A stretch of 64,000 nt of DNA. Origin: Candidatus Reddybacter sp. (lineage in GTDB: Bacteria; Pseudomonadota; Gammaproteobacteria; Pseudomonadales; Porticoccaceae). This document shows positions 54,612 to 64,000 of the stretch, piece after piece. A program made the position numbers and the translations under genes. The notes below the pieces were generated by a model. It saw only the letters and a list, made by a program, of their open reading frames with translations. It did no database searches and was not told where the DNA came from. The DNA is taken from the NCBI GenBank assembly GCA_041277045.1, contig JBGFSY010000002.1, forward strand, positions 348,041 to 412,040. The letters run 5' to 3'. Within the stretch, counting starts at the first letter, position 1. Each line of letters begins with the position of its first letter.

Positions 54612-55475
54612 ATGGCAGCGATTTCTGCTTCCCAGGTTAAAGAATTACGTGAGCGCACCGGTCTCGGTATGATGGAGTGCAAAAAAGCACTGGCCGCAGC
54701 CGATGGCAATATTGACACGGCGATTGAAAACTTACGTAAATCCAGTGGCATGAAGGCGGCCAAAAAAGCCGGTCGCACGGCAGCTGATGGCGTTGTCGCT
54801 GTCAAAGTCGCCGATGATGCTTCCTACGCTGTGCTGGTTGAAGTCAACTCAGAAACGGATTTTGTTACCAAAGACGAAGGCTTTAAGGCCTTTGTTGCCG
54901 CTGTTGTCGAGAAAGCGTTCGCCGATAAGCAAAGCAGTATTGAGACTCTGGCTGCTGACATGGAAGATGCCCGTCAGGCACTGGTGCAAAAGTGTGGTGA
55001 GAATGTCAACGTGCGGCGCGTACAGCTAGCCGAAGCTCCCGTTGTCGGTGCCTATGTGCACAGTAATAGCCGTATTGGTGTGCTGGTCACTCTCGAAGGT
55101 GGCACTACAGAGCTGGCTAAAGATGTTGCTATGCACGTTGCTGCCGTTAATCCACAGGTTGCGACGCCCGATGAAATGCCTGCCGATGTGGTTGCCAAGG
55201 AAAAAGAAATTTATGTTTCCCAGGCCATTGAAAGTGGCAAGCCCCCCGAGATTGCTGAAAAAATGGTCGTTGGCCGTTTGAAGAAGTTTCTCGCCGAGAG
55301 CAGTCTTGTTGAGCAGCCCTTTGTGCGCGACCCCGATATTAAAGTAGGCAAGATGTTAGCCGATGCGGGTACGAGTATTAAAGGCTTCACTCGTTATGAA
55401 GTGGGCGAAGGCATTGAAGTTGAAGAAGTCGACTTTGCCGCTGAAGTCGCAGCACAGGTTAACGCCACTAAGTAA
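54612..55475 (+). CDS. tsf: elongation factor Ts
   Basis: [27 protein letters not shown] is the canonical EF-Ts UBA-like N-terminus. The start is moved to ATG 54612. Confidence 0.95.
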   Translation: MAAISASQVKELRERTGLGMMECKKALAAADGNIDTAIENLRKSSGMKAAKKAGRTAADGVVAVKVADDASYAVLVEVNSETDFVTKDEGFKAFVAAVVEKAFADKQSSIETLAADMEDARQALVQKCGENVNVRRVQLAEAPVVGAYVHSNSRIGVLVTLEGGTTELAKDVAMHVAAVNPQVATPDEMPADVVAKEKEIYVSQAIESGKPPEIAEKMVVGRLKKFLAESSLVEQPFVRDPDIKVGKMLADAGTSIKGFTRYEVGEGIEVEEVDFAAEVAAQVNATK

Positions 55476-55483
55476 TTTATCTG

Positions 55484-55515
55484 CCACCGCGCGTTTAACA
55501 GCGCCGGTGGTTTTT
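55484..55515 (+). terminator. rho-independent terminator after tsf
   Basis: CCACCGCGCG...GCGCCGGTGG hairpin followed by TTTTT. Confidence 0.7.
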
Positions 55516-55588
55516 GAAGTGCTAGTAATAAAGTAGTTCCAGAATTAACGTGTTGGACCTATGCCGATAGACCGACGCCGACGAGTAA

Positions 55589-56326
55589 ATGCCGATGACT
55601 AATCCGAGTACAGATAAGAAGTACAAACGCATTCTCCTCAAGCTCAGCGGTGAAGAGCTAATGGGCGATGGCAGCTTTGGTATCGATCCCAAGATACTGA
55701 ACCGCATGGCACTGGAAATTGGCCAGTTAGTGGGTATCGGTGTGCAGGTTGGTTTAGTGATCGGTGGCGGTAACTTGTTTCGTGGCGCGGCACTCAGTGC
55801 GGCGGGAATGGAGCGGGTGACCGGTGATCACATGGGTATGCTGGCCACGGTGATGAATGCCCTGGCCATGCGCGATGCTCTCGATCGCAATAATATTTCG
55901 GCGCGGGTGATGTCGGCCATCCCCATGAGTGGCGTGGTCGAGCACTATGACCGCCGCCGCGCCCTGCGCTATTTGTCTTCCGGTGACGTGGTTATCTTCA
56001 GTGCCGGCACGGGCAACCCTCTCTTTACAACAGACTCGGCGGCTTGCTTGCGCGGTATCGAGATCGATGCAGAAGTGGTATTGAAAGCGACTAAGGTGGA
56101 CGGCGTTTATTCAGCTGACCCCGTGAAAGTCCCCGACGCCACACTGTATTCGAGTTTGAGTTACGATGAGGTGTTGGATAAGAAGCTGGAAGTGATGGAC
56201 CTGACGGCGATTTGCCTGTGTCGTGAGCACCGTATGCCGGTGCGAGTTTTTAGAATGTCCAAGCCCGGAGCACTGTTGAGTGTGGTGGTGGGTGGCGATG
56301 AAGGAACATTGATCGAGGAATCGTGA
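55589..56326 (+). CDS. pyrH: UMP kinase
   Basis: [15 protein letters not shown]...GGGNLFRG...[12 protein letters not shown]. Confidence 0.95.
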   Translation: MPMTNPSTDKKYKRILLKLSGEELMGDGSFGIDPKILNRMALEIGQLVGIGVQVGLVIGGGNLFRGAALSAAGMERVTGDHMGMLATVMNALAMRDALDRNNISARVMSAIPMSGVVEHYDRRRALRYLSSGDVVIFSAGTGNPLFTTDSAACLRGIEIDAEVVLKATKVDGVYSADPVKVPDATLYSSLSYDEVLDKKLEVMDLTAICLCREHRMPVRVFRMSKPGALLSVVVGGDEGTLIEES

Positions 56327-56401
56327 TCTAACTCCTACTGGCTAGTCAGTGGGCGTTATAAGCCGATCACCTTCGAACGGATCAACGACGAGAAACGAAT
56401 T

Positions 56402-56959
56402 ATGATTAATGAATTGAAGGAAGATGCCCAGCAGCGCATGGGCAAGACGGTTGAAGCCCTGGGCCACGCACTGAATAAGGTGCGCACCGGTCGCGCTCAT
56501 CCGAGTATTCTCGAGGGTGTCAGGGTTTCTTACTACGGCAGTGAAACGCCTTTGAGTCAGGTGGCGAATATTTCCGTTGCCGATGCGCGCACCCTGACCG
56601 TAACCCCCTGGGAAAAAAATATTGTCCAGGATGTTGAACGAGCCATAATGAATGCCGGCCTCGGTCTCAACCCCTCCAGCGCTGGTGAGGTTATTCGTAT
56701 TCCTATGCCGGCGCTCACTGAAGAGACGCGTAAAGGTTTTATTCGCCAGGCTCGTAAAGAGGTGGAAAACTCCCGTGTTTCAGCGCGTAATATTCGTCGC
56801 GATGTGCTCTCCGATATCAAAGAGCTGCTAAAGGAAAAGGATATTTCCGAGGACGAGGAGCGCCGCGCTCAGGACGATGTGCAGAAAATTACCGACAGTT
56901 TTATCAATCAGATGGACGATATGCTGGTCGTTAAAGAAAAAGACTTGATGGAAATCTAG
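56402..56959 (+). CDS. frr: ribosome recycling factor
   Basis: 185 aa with [28 protein letters not shown] and [12 protein letters not shown]. Confidence 0.95.
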   Translation: MINELKEDAQQRMGKTVEALGHALNKVRTGRAHPSILEGVRVSYYGSETPLSQVANISVADARTLTVTPWEKNIVQDVERAIMNAGLGLNPSSAGEVIRIPMPALTEETRKGFIRQARKEVENSRVSARNIRRDVLSDIKELLKEKDISEDEERRAQDDVQKITDSFINQMDDMLVVKEKDLMEI

Positions 56960-57051
56960 TCGCTGGCTGAATGCCGGCGCGGATGACCGAAGACAAAAGT
57001 ACAATGCAATAAACTCAGAATAAAAAGCACAGGAAAACCCAGGGAAAAAAT

Positions 57052-57840
57052 ATGGCAGAAGTTTTGGGCAGTGATAGTGCCCAGCCACTTAGACATGTCG
57101 CGGTGATTATGGATGGTAATAATCGCTGGGCGAAAGCACGAGGTTTAGCCGGTCACGAAGGTCACCGAGCTGGCGTTGAGCGAGTGCGCGACTTGATTGA
57201 AAGTTGCCAGCGTCATCATGTAGAAGTGGTCACCTTGTTTGCCTTCAGCAGTGAGAACTGGCAACGCCCAGCGCTTGAAGTTAGCGCTTTAATGACGCTA
57301 TTTTCAACCTATATAAAGAAAGAAGCTAAAGCCCTTCATGAGCGAGGGATTCGTTTGCAGGTGATCGGTGAGCGTGGGCGTTTTAGTTCACGATTGCAAA
57401 AACGCATTGCTGATGCCGAGGCGCTAACCGCCAATAATACTGCGATGATACTGGTTCTGGCTGTTGATTACGGTGGTCGCCGGGATATCGTCACTGCAAG
57501 CCGGAAGCTGGCGCAACAGGCTGTCGATGGCTCTTTGGCGATAGATGAGATCGATGAAGAATTATTTGAAAAAAACCTTTCTCTTGCTGACCTTCCGCAC
57601 CCTGACCTGTGTATAAGAACGGCGGGGGAACAAAGAATCAGTAATTTTTTACTCTGGCAGCTGGCTTACAGTGAGTTGTATTTTGCCGAGTGCTACTGGC
57701 CTGATTTTGATGCCGTTGCCTTTGATGCGGCTGCCGCTGCCTATTACCAGCGTCAGCGGCGTTTTGGTTTAAGTCAGGATCAAACAGCAAAAGGTTCAGG
57801 TCCGACTGGCAAACCTGCTCAGGCGCGAGTGAGTGCTTAA
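57052..57840 (+). CDS. uppS: isoprenyl transferase (undecaprenyl diphosphate synthase)
   Basis: HVAVIMDGNNRWA, TLFAFSSENWQRP, IRTAGEQRISNFLLWQLAYSELYF. Confidence 0.92.
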   Translation: MAEVLGSDSAQPLRHVAVIMDGNNRWAKARGLAGHEGHRAGVERVRDLIESCQRHHVEVVTLFAFSSENWQRPALEVSALMTLFSTYIKKEAKALHERGIRLQVIGERGRFSSRLQKRIADAEALTANNTAMILVLAVDYGGRRDIVTASRKLAQQAVDGSLAIDEIDEELFEKNLSLADLPHPDLCIRTAGEQRISNFLLWQLAYSELYFAECYWPDFDAVAFDAAAAAYYQRQRRFGLSQDQTAKGSGPTGKPAQARVSA

Positions 57841-58679
57841 TGCTTAAACAGCGGATTATTACCGGACTTGTTCTGGCCGTCAGTTTTCTCACCGCTCTAT
57901 TTGCACTTCCCAACTACGGTTTCATCGCGCTAATGACGGCGGTGCTGGCCTACGCCGCTTGGGAGTGGAGCCATCTGGCCGGTCTCACCAACTCCGCTGG
58001 ACGTGGCTTTTATATGTTTGCCGTTGTCGCCATTGCCGCCGCTTTGGGCGCATATCTTGGCTTTGAGCAGGACTTTTTACTCGCAGAAAAACCGCGCTTC
58101 TTATTACTCCTTGCCTGCACTTGGTGGGCGATAGCGCTACTTTGGGTGCAAAGCTATCCCAGTAGCGCGATTTTATGGGGCCGACGCTGGCTCTGTTTGT
58201 TGCTGGGTGTGTTCGTTTTATTACCGATGTGGTTGGCCTTTGCGGGTTTAATGTCGCTTACCGAGGGGCCAAAGTTAGTCCTAGCAGTCGTGCTGCTGGT
58301 TGCCCTGGCCGATATCGGCGGCTACTTTGTGGGCCGCGCCATTGGTCGTACCAAGCTGGCGCCGAAAGTCAGCCCCGGTAAAACCTGGGAGGGCCTGTTG
58401 GGTGGCCAGCTAGCCATTGTGCTTGTGGTTGGTGCTACAGCTTCGTTTTTAGATATTGACGCAGTGCGTATTGGCTTATGGCTCGGGTTAGCGATGGTGA
58501 CTGGGCTTGCCTCGGTGCTGGGTGACCTGGTTGAAAGTATGGTTAAGCGCCATCGCGGCGTTAAAGATAGCGGCACCATTTTACCCGGCCACGGTGGTGT
58601 GCTCGATAGAATTGACGGCCTCACGGCAGCCTTGCCGGTGTTCAGTCTGGGCTTGTCTCTACTGTATAATCGTCTCTAA
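57840..58679 (+). CDS. cdsA: phosphatidate cytidylyltransferase
   Basis: Polytopic membrane protein with the signature SMVKRHRGVKDSGTILPGHGGVLDRID. Confidence 0.9.
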   Translation: MLKQRIITGLVLAVSFLTALFALPNYGFIALMTAVLAYAAWEWSHLAGLTNSAGRGFYMFAVVAIAAALGAYLGFEQDFLLAEKPRFLLLLACTWWAIALLWVQSYPSSAILWGRRWLCLLLGVFVLLPMWLAFAGLMSLTEGPKLVLAVVLLVALADIGGYFVGRAIGRTKLAPKVSPGKTWEGLLGGQLAIVLVVGATASFLDIDAVRIGLWLGLAMVTGLASVLGDLVESMVKRHRGVKDSGTILPGHGGVLDRIDGLTAALPVFSLGLSLLYNRL

Positions 58680-58797
58680 CGTTCCCTTGATAAAAACACT
58701 TGATAAATAAGCCCTTGAATAGTGTCGTTGGTATGGCGGGCTATTTGTTCGTAAGCAACAATTTTTATCACTCACGCGGTCGAAAGTTAATCTTGTT

Positions 58798-59970
58798 ATG
58801 AAGTCCCCAATACAAAAGCTCACTATTCTCGGCTCGACGGGATCAATCGGTGTCAGCACACTGGATGTTGTCGCCAAGCATCCACAGAAGTTTCAGGTTT
58901 TTGCTTTAACCGCTAACCAGCGGGTGGCTGAGTTGGCCCAACAGTGCGAGCAATTTCATCCCCGCTATGCGGTCTTGGGCTCAGAGGCAGCGGCTGAGCA
59001 GTTACGTTCTTTGGTCGACAGTAGTGTTGAGGTGCTTTGGGGGGAAGAGGGCCTGGCGCTGGTCGCCGCCCACGCAGAGGCCGGCACAGTAATGGCGGCG
59101 ATTGTCGGCGCAGCGGGTTTGTTGCCCACATTGGCCGCAGTAAAAGCCGGTAAAAAAGTACTATTGGCGAATAAAGAAGTCCTGGTGATGGCGGGGCAGC
59201 TATTTATGGATGTGGTGGCCGAATCAAAGGCGACTTTGCTGCCCATCGATAGTGAGCACAACGCGATTTTTCAATGTCTGCCCGCCGATTACAGTGGGCG
59301 CGAACAGGCGGGTGTGCGTCGTTTATTGTTATCGGCCTCTGGCGGCCCTTTTCGTACTACGCCGCTCGCTGAGCTCGCAGCTATGACCCCAGACCAGGCC
59401 TGTGCCCATCCCAACTGGAGCATGGGGCGTAAAATATCCGTCGATTCCGCAACCATGATGAACAAAGGTCTTGAGTTAATCGAGGCAAGTTGGTTGTTTG
59501 CGGTGGAAGCGAGTGATATCGACATTGTCATCCATCCGCAAAGTATTATTCACTCGTTGGTTGAGTATAACGATGGTTCGGTGTTGGCCCAGCTTGGTAA
59601 TCCCGATATGCGTACGCCCATTGCCCACGCGTTGGCCTGGCCAGAAAGGATTGATTCTGGCGTTAGCTCCCTCGATTTAATTGCCATTGCCAGTCTCAAT
59701 TTTGAGGCGCCGGATGAACAGCGCTTTCCTGCGCTGATTTTGGCGCGAGCGGCTGCCGATAGTCGCGGCGATGCACCGGCGGCACTGAATGCAGCCAATG
59801 AGGTGGCAGTCGAGGCCTTTTTGAATGAAACTATCGGCTTTACCCGTATCACCGAAGTTGTCGATAGCGTCATGCAGGCATGGCAGACGGGTGAACCTCG
59901 CGAGCTCTCTGCAGTCCAAGAGGCGGATAAACGTGCTCGGGCGATGGCTGAGCAGGTCATAAGTCAGTAA
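58798..59970 (+). CDS. dxr: 1-deoxy-D-xylulose 5-phosphate reductoisomerase
   Basis: [56 protein letters not shown]. Confidence 0.95.
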   Translation: MKSPIQKLTILGSTGSIGVSTLDVVAKHPQKFQVFALTANQRVAELAQQCEQFHPRYAVLGSEAAAEQLRSLVDSSVEVLWGEEGLALVAAHAEAGTVMAAIVGAAGLLPTLAAVKAGKKVLLANKEVLVMAGQLFMDVVAESKATLLPIDSEHNAIFQCLPADYSGREQAGVRRLLLSASGGPFRTTPLAELAAMTPDQACAHPNWSMGRKISVDSATMMNKGLELIEASWLFAVEASDIDIVIHPQSIIHSLVEYNDGSVLAQLGNPDMRTPIAHALAWPERIDSGVSSLDLIAIASLNFEAPDEQRFPALILARAAADSRGDAPAALNAANEVAVEAFLNETIGFTRITEVVDSVMQAWQTGEPRELSAVQEADKRARAMAEQVISQ

Positions 59971-60068
59971 GTGTGAGAATTTGTACCGCTAAACTCTGAG
60001 CTAAACTTCGCATCAAGCTCGGAGTCAAGCTCTGGGCACACAGCTAAAACAAGACGAGAAAGTGTTAT

Positions 60069-61421
60069 ATGGCATTTCTACAAATGGTTTTTTACACCCT
60101 TATCGTACTCGGAGTTTTGGTGACTTTTCACGAGTTTGGTCACTTTTGGGTTGCCCGACGTTGTGGTATCAAGGTCACGCGTTTCTCCATTGGTTTTGGT
60201 ACGCCACTGTTTCGCTGGCGGGATCGCCACGACACTGAGTTTGTCATCGCGCTCTTGCCCCTCGGTGGCTATGTGAAAATGGTCGACGAGCGAGAGGGTA
60301 ATGTCAGCGAAGAGGATTTACCTTTAGCCTTCAATCGCAAAACGGTTGGGCAAAGGATGGCCACGGTTGCCGCGGGGCCAATCGCGAATTTTTTTCTCGC
60401 TATATTGCTCTACTGGGTGGTCTATATGCTCGGTGTGCAGGGCGTCGCCCCGATTATTGGTGAGGTTAAGTCCGGCTCGATTGCGGAAGCGGCGGGCTTA
60501 GAGGCTGGCCAGGAAATACTGGCCGTTGATGGCGAGCCTACCCCAACCTGGCAAACCCTCGGCGAGCGCCTGGTGCATCGTATTGGTGACGACGGCGAGA
60601 TCCAATTCACGGTGTCCTATGCTGATTCAAATTTGCAGTACGACAGTACGGCATCTCTCGTGGGCTGGCAGATCGATGCGAAAGTCCCCGATCCCATTGG
60701 CAGTATGGGGATTGAGCTGTACCGCCCGAAAGTACTGCCTCTTACAGACGTTGTCACACCGGATAGTCCCGCAGATAAAGCGGGGTTTGTTAGTGGTGAT
60801 CTTGTTATATCTGCCGATGGCATTGATATGCCCGATTGGTATGCCTGGGTCGAGCACGTCAGAGCAAGGCCGGATCAAACCATCGCAGTGCTTGTCGAGC
60901 GAGAAGGGCAGACTCGGGAGCTGAGTGTGACGCCGCGTCGTGTTGAGCAGGGGGGGGAAGTATTTGGGCAAGTCGGTGTCAGTGTCGTGACACCAGAATG
61001 GTCAGAGGACTTTTACCGTGAAACCCGTTACGGGCCGGTCGGCGCTTTTAAGAAAGCTCTGTCGCAAACAGGCTCCACAACACAAATGATCTTTAACTCT
61101 ATTGGCAAGATGCTAACCGGTGCTCTTTCGGTCGAGCATTTAAGTGGGCCCATCACCATTGCCAAGGTGGCGAGTACTTCTGCCGACTACGGTTTGGTGC
61201 CCTTTTTACAGTTTATGGCGCTGCTCAGTGTCAGCCTTGGTGTGCTCAACCTATTGCCGGTGCCAGTATTGGATGGCGGCCATCTGCTCTACTATATGCT
61301 CGAGCTTGTCAAAGGCAGTCCGGTATCCCTCCGTGTTCAGGAAGTAGGGCAACAAGTGGGATTGTTCTTAATTATTGGTTTGATGGTGCTAGCACTATAC
61401 AATGACCTGCTGCGGCTTTAA
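60069..61421 (+). CDS. rseP: RIP site-2 zinc metalloprotease
   Basis: HEFGH motif near the N-terminus, two PDZ-like regions, and C-terminal LNLLPVPVLDGGH. Confidence 0.92.
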   Translation: MAFLQMVFYTLIVLGVLVTFHEFGHFWVARRCGIKVTRFSIGFGTPLFRWRDRHDTEFVIALLPLGGYVKMVDEREGNVSEEDLPLAFNRKTVGQRMATVAAGPIANFFLAILLYWVVYMLGVQGVAPIIGEVKSGSIAEAAGLEAGQEILAVDGEPTPTWQTLGERLVHRIGDDGEIQFTVSYADSNLQYDSTASLVGWQIDAKVPDPIGSMGIELYRPKVLPLTDVVTPDSPADKAGFVSGDLVISADGIDMPDWYAWVEHVRARPDQTIAVLVEREGQTRELSVTPRRVEQGGEVFGQVGVSVVTPEWSEDFYRETRYGPVGAFKKALSQTGSTTQMIFNSIGKMLTGALSVEHLSGPITIAKVASTSADYGLVPFLQFMALLSVSLGVLNLLPVPVLDGGHLLYYMLELVKGSPVSLRVQEVGQQVGLFLIIGLMVLALYNDLLRL

Positions 61422-61463
61422 GTCGATAACCTAAACTAACAACAAGAGTTACCTTACGCGTCC

Positions 61464-63782
61464 ATGAAACGACTTTTCCTGCCGTTCTTGCTTTGCCTGT
61501 GCCCTCTGTTCGCTATTGCCGATGTGTTTCAGATTGAAGATATCCGTCTTGACGGCCTCCAAAGGGTCTCGGCGGGAACTGTCTTTGCCTCACTGCCTGT
61601 TCAGGCCGGTGAGCTTATCGATGAGGAGGGTATTCGTGTAGCGGTACGGACTCTTTTCAAAACCGGTTATTTTGATGATATAAATATTGCCCGCGAGGCC
61701 AATGTTCTTGTTGTCAGTCTAAAAGAGCGCCCCGCAGTTGCTGAGATTAATATTGATGGCAACAAGGCTATTGAAACGCCCGATCTGTTAAATGCCCTGC
61801 GCGATTCCGGCCTGGCTGAAGGGCAAATTTTTAAGCAGACGGTGCTTGAAGGCATGAGTCAGGAGTTGCGCCGTCAATATGTCAGCCAGGGCCGCTACGG
61901 TGCTTCGGTTGTCTCAGATATTGAGGTCTTGCCACGCAATCGCGTAGCGATCAATCTGACTATTGATGAGGGCCAAGTTGCCTCGATCAAGCATATCAAT
62001 GTTGTGGGTAACAATGCCTTTGACGATGAGACGATACTTAAACTCTTTGAATTAAAAACCGGCAATATGTTGTCCTGGATTTTTAACGACGATAAATATT
62101 CTCGTGAAAAATTGTCGGGTGATCTGGAGCGTATTGAATCCTGGTATCTGGACCGTGGTTATCTGAAGTTCGTCATTGATTCAACACAAGTTTCGCTAAG
62201 CCCTGATAGAGACGCTGTATTTGTCACCGTGAATATTACTGAGGGGGATGTTTATACGGTCGGAGAGGTTGAACTTGCCGGTGAGTTGATTCTGCCCGAA
62301 AAATTTTTACGCTTGATGATTTTAACGCGTAAAGGAATGACTTTTTCCCAGGCCTTGATGACTCGGACTAACGATATGATTATTCGCCGCCTGGGGGCTG
62401 ATGGTTACACGTTTGCTGAAGTTGAAGCTTATCCTGATATTAATGAAGAGGATAAGACGGCGAAGATTACCTATTATGTGACACCCGGTAAGCGCTCTTA
62501 TGTGCGACGCATTGAATTTCGCGGCAACTCCAAAACTGACGACGAGGTCTTGCGCCGTGAAATGCGGCAGCTGGAAGGGGCCTCAGCGTCCAACACTTTA
62601 CTGGAGCGGTCAAAAGTCAGACTTGAGCGTTTAAGCTACTTTAAACAAGTGGATATGGAGACCCGAGAGGTGCCGGGGACCGATGATCAACTTGATGTTT
62701 TTTATACGGTTGAAGAACAGCCATCGGGCAGTGTCGGTGCTAGCCTGGGTATTGCTCAGGGTTCGGGTATTGTTCTCGGTGGTAACGTTTCGGAAAATAA
62801 CTTTTTTGGCACCGGTAACTCCGTGAGTCTCGGGCTGAGTAGTAGTAGTTACCGAGATAGCGCGTCTTTGTCTTTTAACAATCCTTACTTTACCAAAGAT
62901 GGTGTGAGCGCCGGTTATCGCGTTGCATTCACGGCAACTGACTATGGTGAATTTGATGTTGCGGATTACACCACAGATAGTCTCAGTACGAGTGTCAACT
63001 TTGGATATCCTCTCTCAGAAACTTCGCGAATTAGTATTGGCTTTGGTTTTGAGCAACTGGAAGTTGATGTGGGGATATTTCCAACGCTAGAAATTTTGCA
63101 GTTTCTTCGCGACAACGGTGATAACTACCAGATGATTACCAGTACTTTGAGCTGGAGTCAGTCAACCTTGAACCGTGGCGTATTAGCAACGCGAGGTGCA
63201 TCTCAGCGGCTCGGTGTTGAATTCTCTACCCCCATTGGTGATATGGAATACCTCAAATTCAGTTATTCGGGCCAGTATTTCCGCCCCCTGACTCGCAGTT
63301 TGACGTTGCATTTAAAAACTGATCTTGGCTATGGCATAGGTCTGGGTGATACGGATCGCTTGCCATTTTTTAAGAATTATTACGGCGGCGGTTTTGGTTC
63401 TGTGCGTGGCTTTGAGCGAAATAGCCTGGGGCCTCAGGACACACCGAATCCTTTTACTGGTGATGACTCAGATGCCTTTGGGGGCAACGTAAAGATTACG
63501 GGCACGGCAGAAGTGATTTTCCCCGTCCCATTTATGGCGGATAATCGTAGTGTTCAGGCGGCTGTCTTCCTTGATGCGGGTAATGTTTTTGATACAGAGT
63601 GTAATAAGACACAGGTCAATTGCTTTCGTCCAGAGCTTGGAGAATTACGCTATTCGATCGGTATCGGTGGTACTTGGTTGAGTGGCTTCGGTCCGATTAC
63701 TGTTGCGCTAGCCAGGGCTTTGAATGAAGGCGATTTTGATGAAACTGAGGTTTTCCAGTTTTCGCTAGGGCAGGGTTTCTAA
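61464..63782 (+). CDS. bamA: outer membrane protein assembly factor BamA
   Basis: Signal peptide, five POTRA-length repeats and a C-terminal Omp85 barrel ending in FQFSLGQGF. Confidence 0.95.
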   Translation: MKRLFLPFLLCLCPLFAIADVFQIEDIRLDGLQRVSAGTVFASLPVQAGELIDEEGIRVAVRTLFKTGYFDDINIAREANVLVVSLKERPAVAEINIDGNKAIETPDLLNALRDSGLAEGQIFKQTVLEGMSQELRRQYVSQGRYGASVVSDIEVLPRNRVAINLTIDEGQVASIKHINVVGNNAFDDETILKLFELKTGNMLSWIFNDDKYSREKLSGDLERIESWYLDRGYLKFVIDSTQVSLSPDRDAVFVTVNITEGDVYTVGEVELAGELILPEKFLRLMILTRKGMTFSQALMTRTNDMIIRRLGADGYTFAEVEAYPDINEEDKTAKITYYVTPGKRSYVRRIEFRGNSKTDDEVLRREMRQLEGASASNTLLERSKVRLERLSYFKQVDMETREVPGTDDQLDVFYTVEEQPSGSVGASLGIAQGSGIVLGGNVSENNFFGTGNSVSLGLSSSSYRDSASLSFNNPYFTKDGVSAGYRVAFTATDYGEFDVADYTTDSLSTSVNFGYPLSETSRISIGFGFEQLEVDVGIFPTLEILQFLRDNGDNYQMITSTLSWSQSTLNRGVLATRGASQRLGVEFSTPIGDMEYLKFSYSGQYFRPLTRSLTLHLKTDLGYGIGLGDTDRLPFFKNYYGGGFGSVRGFERNSLGPQDTPNPFTGDDSDAFGGNVKITGTAEVIFPVPFMADNRSVQAAVFLDAGNVFDTECNKTQVNCFRPELGELRYSIGIGGTWLSGFGPITVALARALNEGDFDETEVFQFSLGQGF

Positions 63783-63834
63783 TACTGAAAACAGGTTTTA
63801 ATAAGTACCATAACTTTAGGATGGGAGAGTGGAT

Positions 63835-64000
63835 GTGTGTAGTGTAAAACGTTTGTTGTTAGTGTTGGCTTGCGTGTTGAGCTTTAGTGCGATGGCTGAA
63901 GAAAATATTGCCGTTATTGATGTTGCCAGAGCTATTTTTAGTTCAGAAATTGCCAAACAGCGCCAGGAAGAAATGCAGAGCGGCTCTGAGTTTGCCTCGC
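63835..64000 (+). CDS. skp: periplasmic chaperone Skp/OmpH (5' part; runs off the window)
   Basis: GTG 63835 after GGGAGAG. Signal peptide KRLLLVLACVLSFSAMA, then EENIAVIDVARAIFSSEIAKQ. Canonical position after bamA. Confidence 0.65.
   Translation, partial: MCSVKRLLLVLACVLSFSAMAEENIAVIDVARAIFSSEIAKQRQEEMQSGSEFAS

Overview
A 64 kb chromosomal segment from a mid-GC, probably marine gammaproteobacterium with Pseudomonas/Cellvibrionales-like synteny; the taxon is a guess. I found no rRNA genes, CRISPR arrays or intact mobile elements.

From about 43 kb onward the window is conserved housekeeping: rsmJ, dapE, dapD, yffB-like, nth, dapC, glnD, map, then rpsB-tsf-pyrH-frr-uppS-cdsA-dxr-rseP-bamA-skp.

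The first 18 kb is accessory-like and holds most of what is worth a second look:
1. **Sortase locus (1-5338).** A complete proteobacterial dedicated sortase (Pds) locus: a divergent histidine kinase/response regulator pair, then an OmpA-like lipoprotein, a VIT-vWA target and a class GN-type sortase. The single target gene is split by an in-frame TAG and carries an atypical LARTATG sorting motif. An unannotated small ORF is translationally coupled in front of the OmpA-like gene.
2. **Decayed patatin-like gene (6315-6791).**
3. **DNA-damage genes.** tag, then umuDC behind a perfect LexA box.
4. **Decayed island-like stretch (12540-17504) ending at the 3' end of tRNA-Pro.** It contains an orphan RHS C-terminal toxin tip, REP-like palindromes, a transposase C-terminal remnant and an IS5-type remnant.
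5. **Exported three-gene operon inside that stretch (13630-17021).** An SBP56 (selenium-binding protein / methanethiol oxidase)-like lipoprotein, a MauG/MbnH-type di-heme peroxidase and an MbnP-like lipoprotein. I consider this the most interesting candidate system.

The middle of the window (18.9-39 kb) is acyl-CoA/lipid-type metabolism: two acyl-CoA synthetases, tandem family III CoA-transferases, a dienelactone hydrolase, an SDR, an esterase and a truncated haemoglobin. It also holds cmoAB, an M16 peptidase and a PAS-rich hybrid sensor kinase. A solute:sodium symporter follows, whose small subunit carries a poly-Asp tract encoded by a (GATGAC)5 repeat.

All calls come from reading translations and motifs by eye. 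No searches were run.
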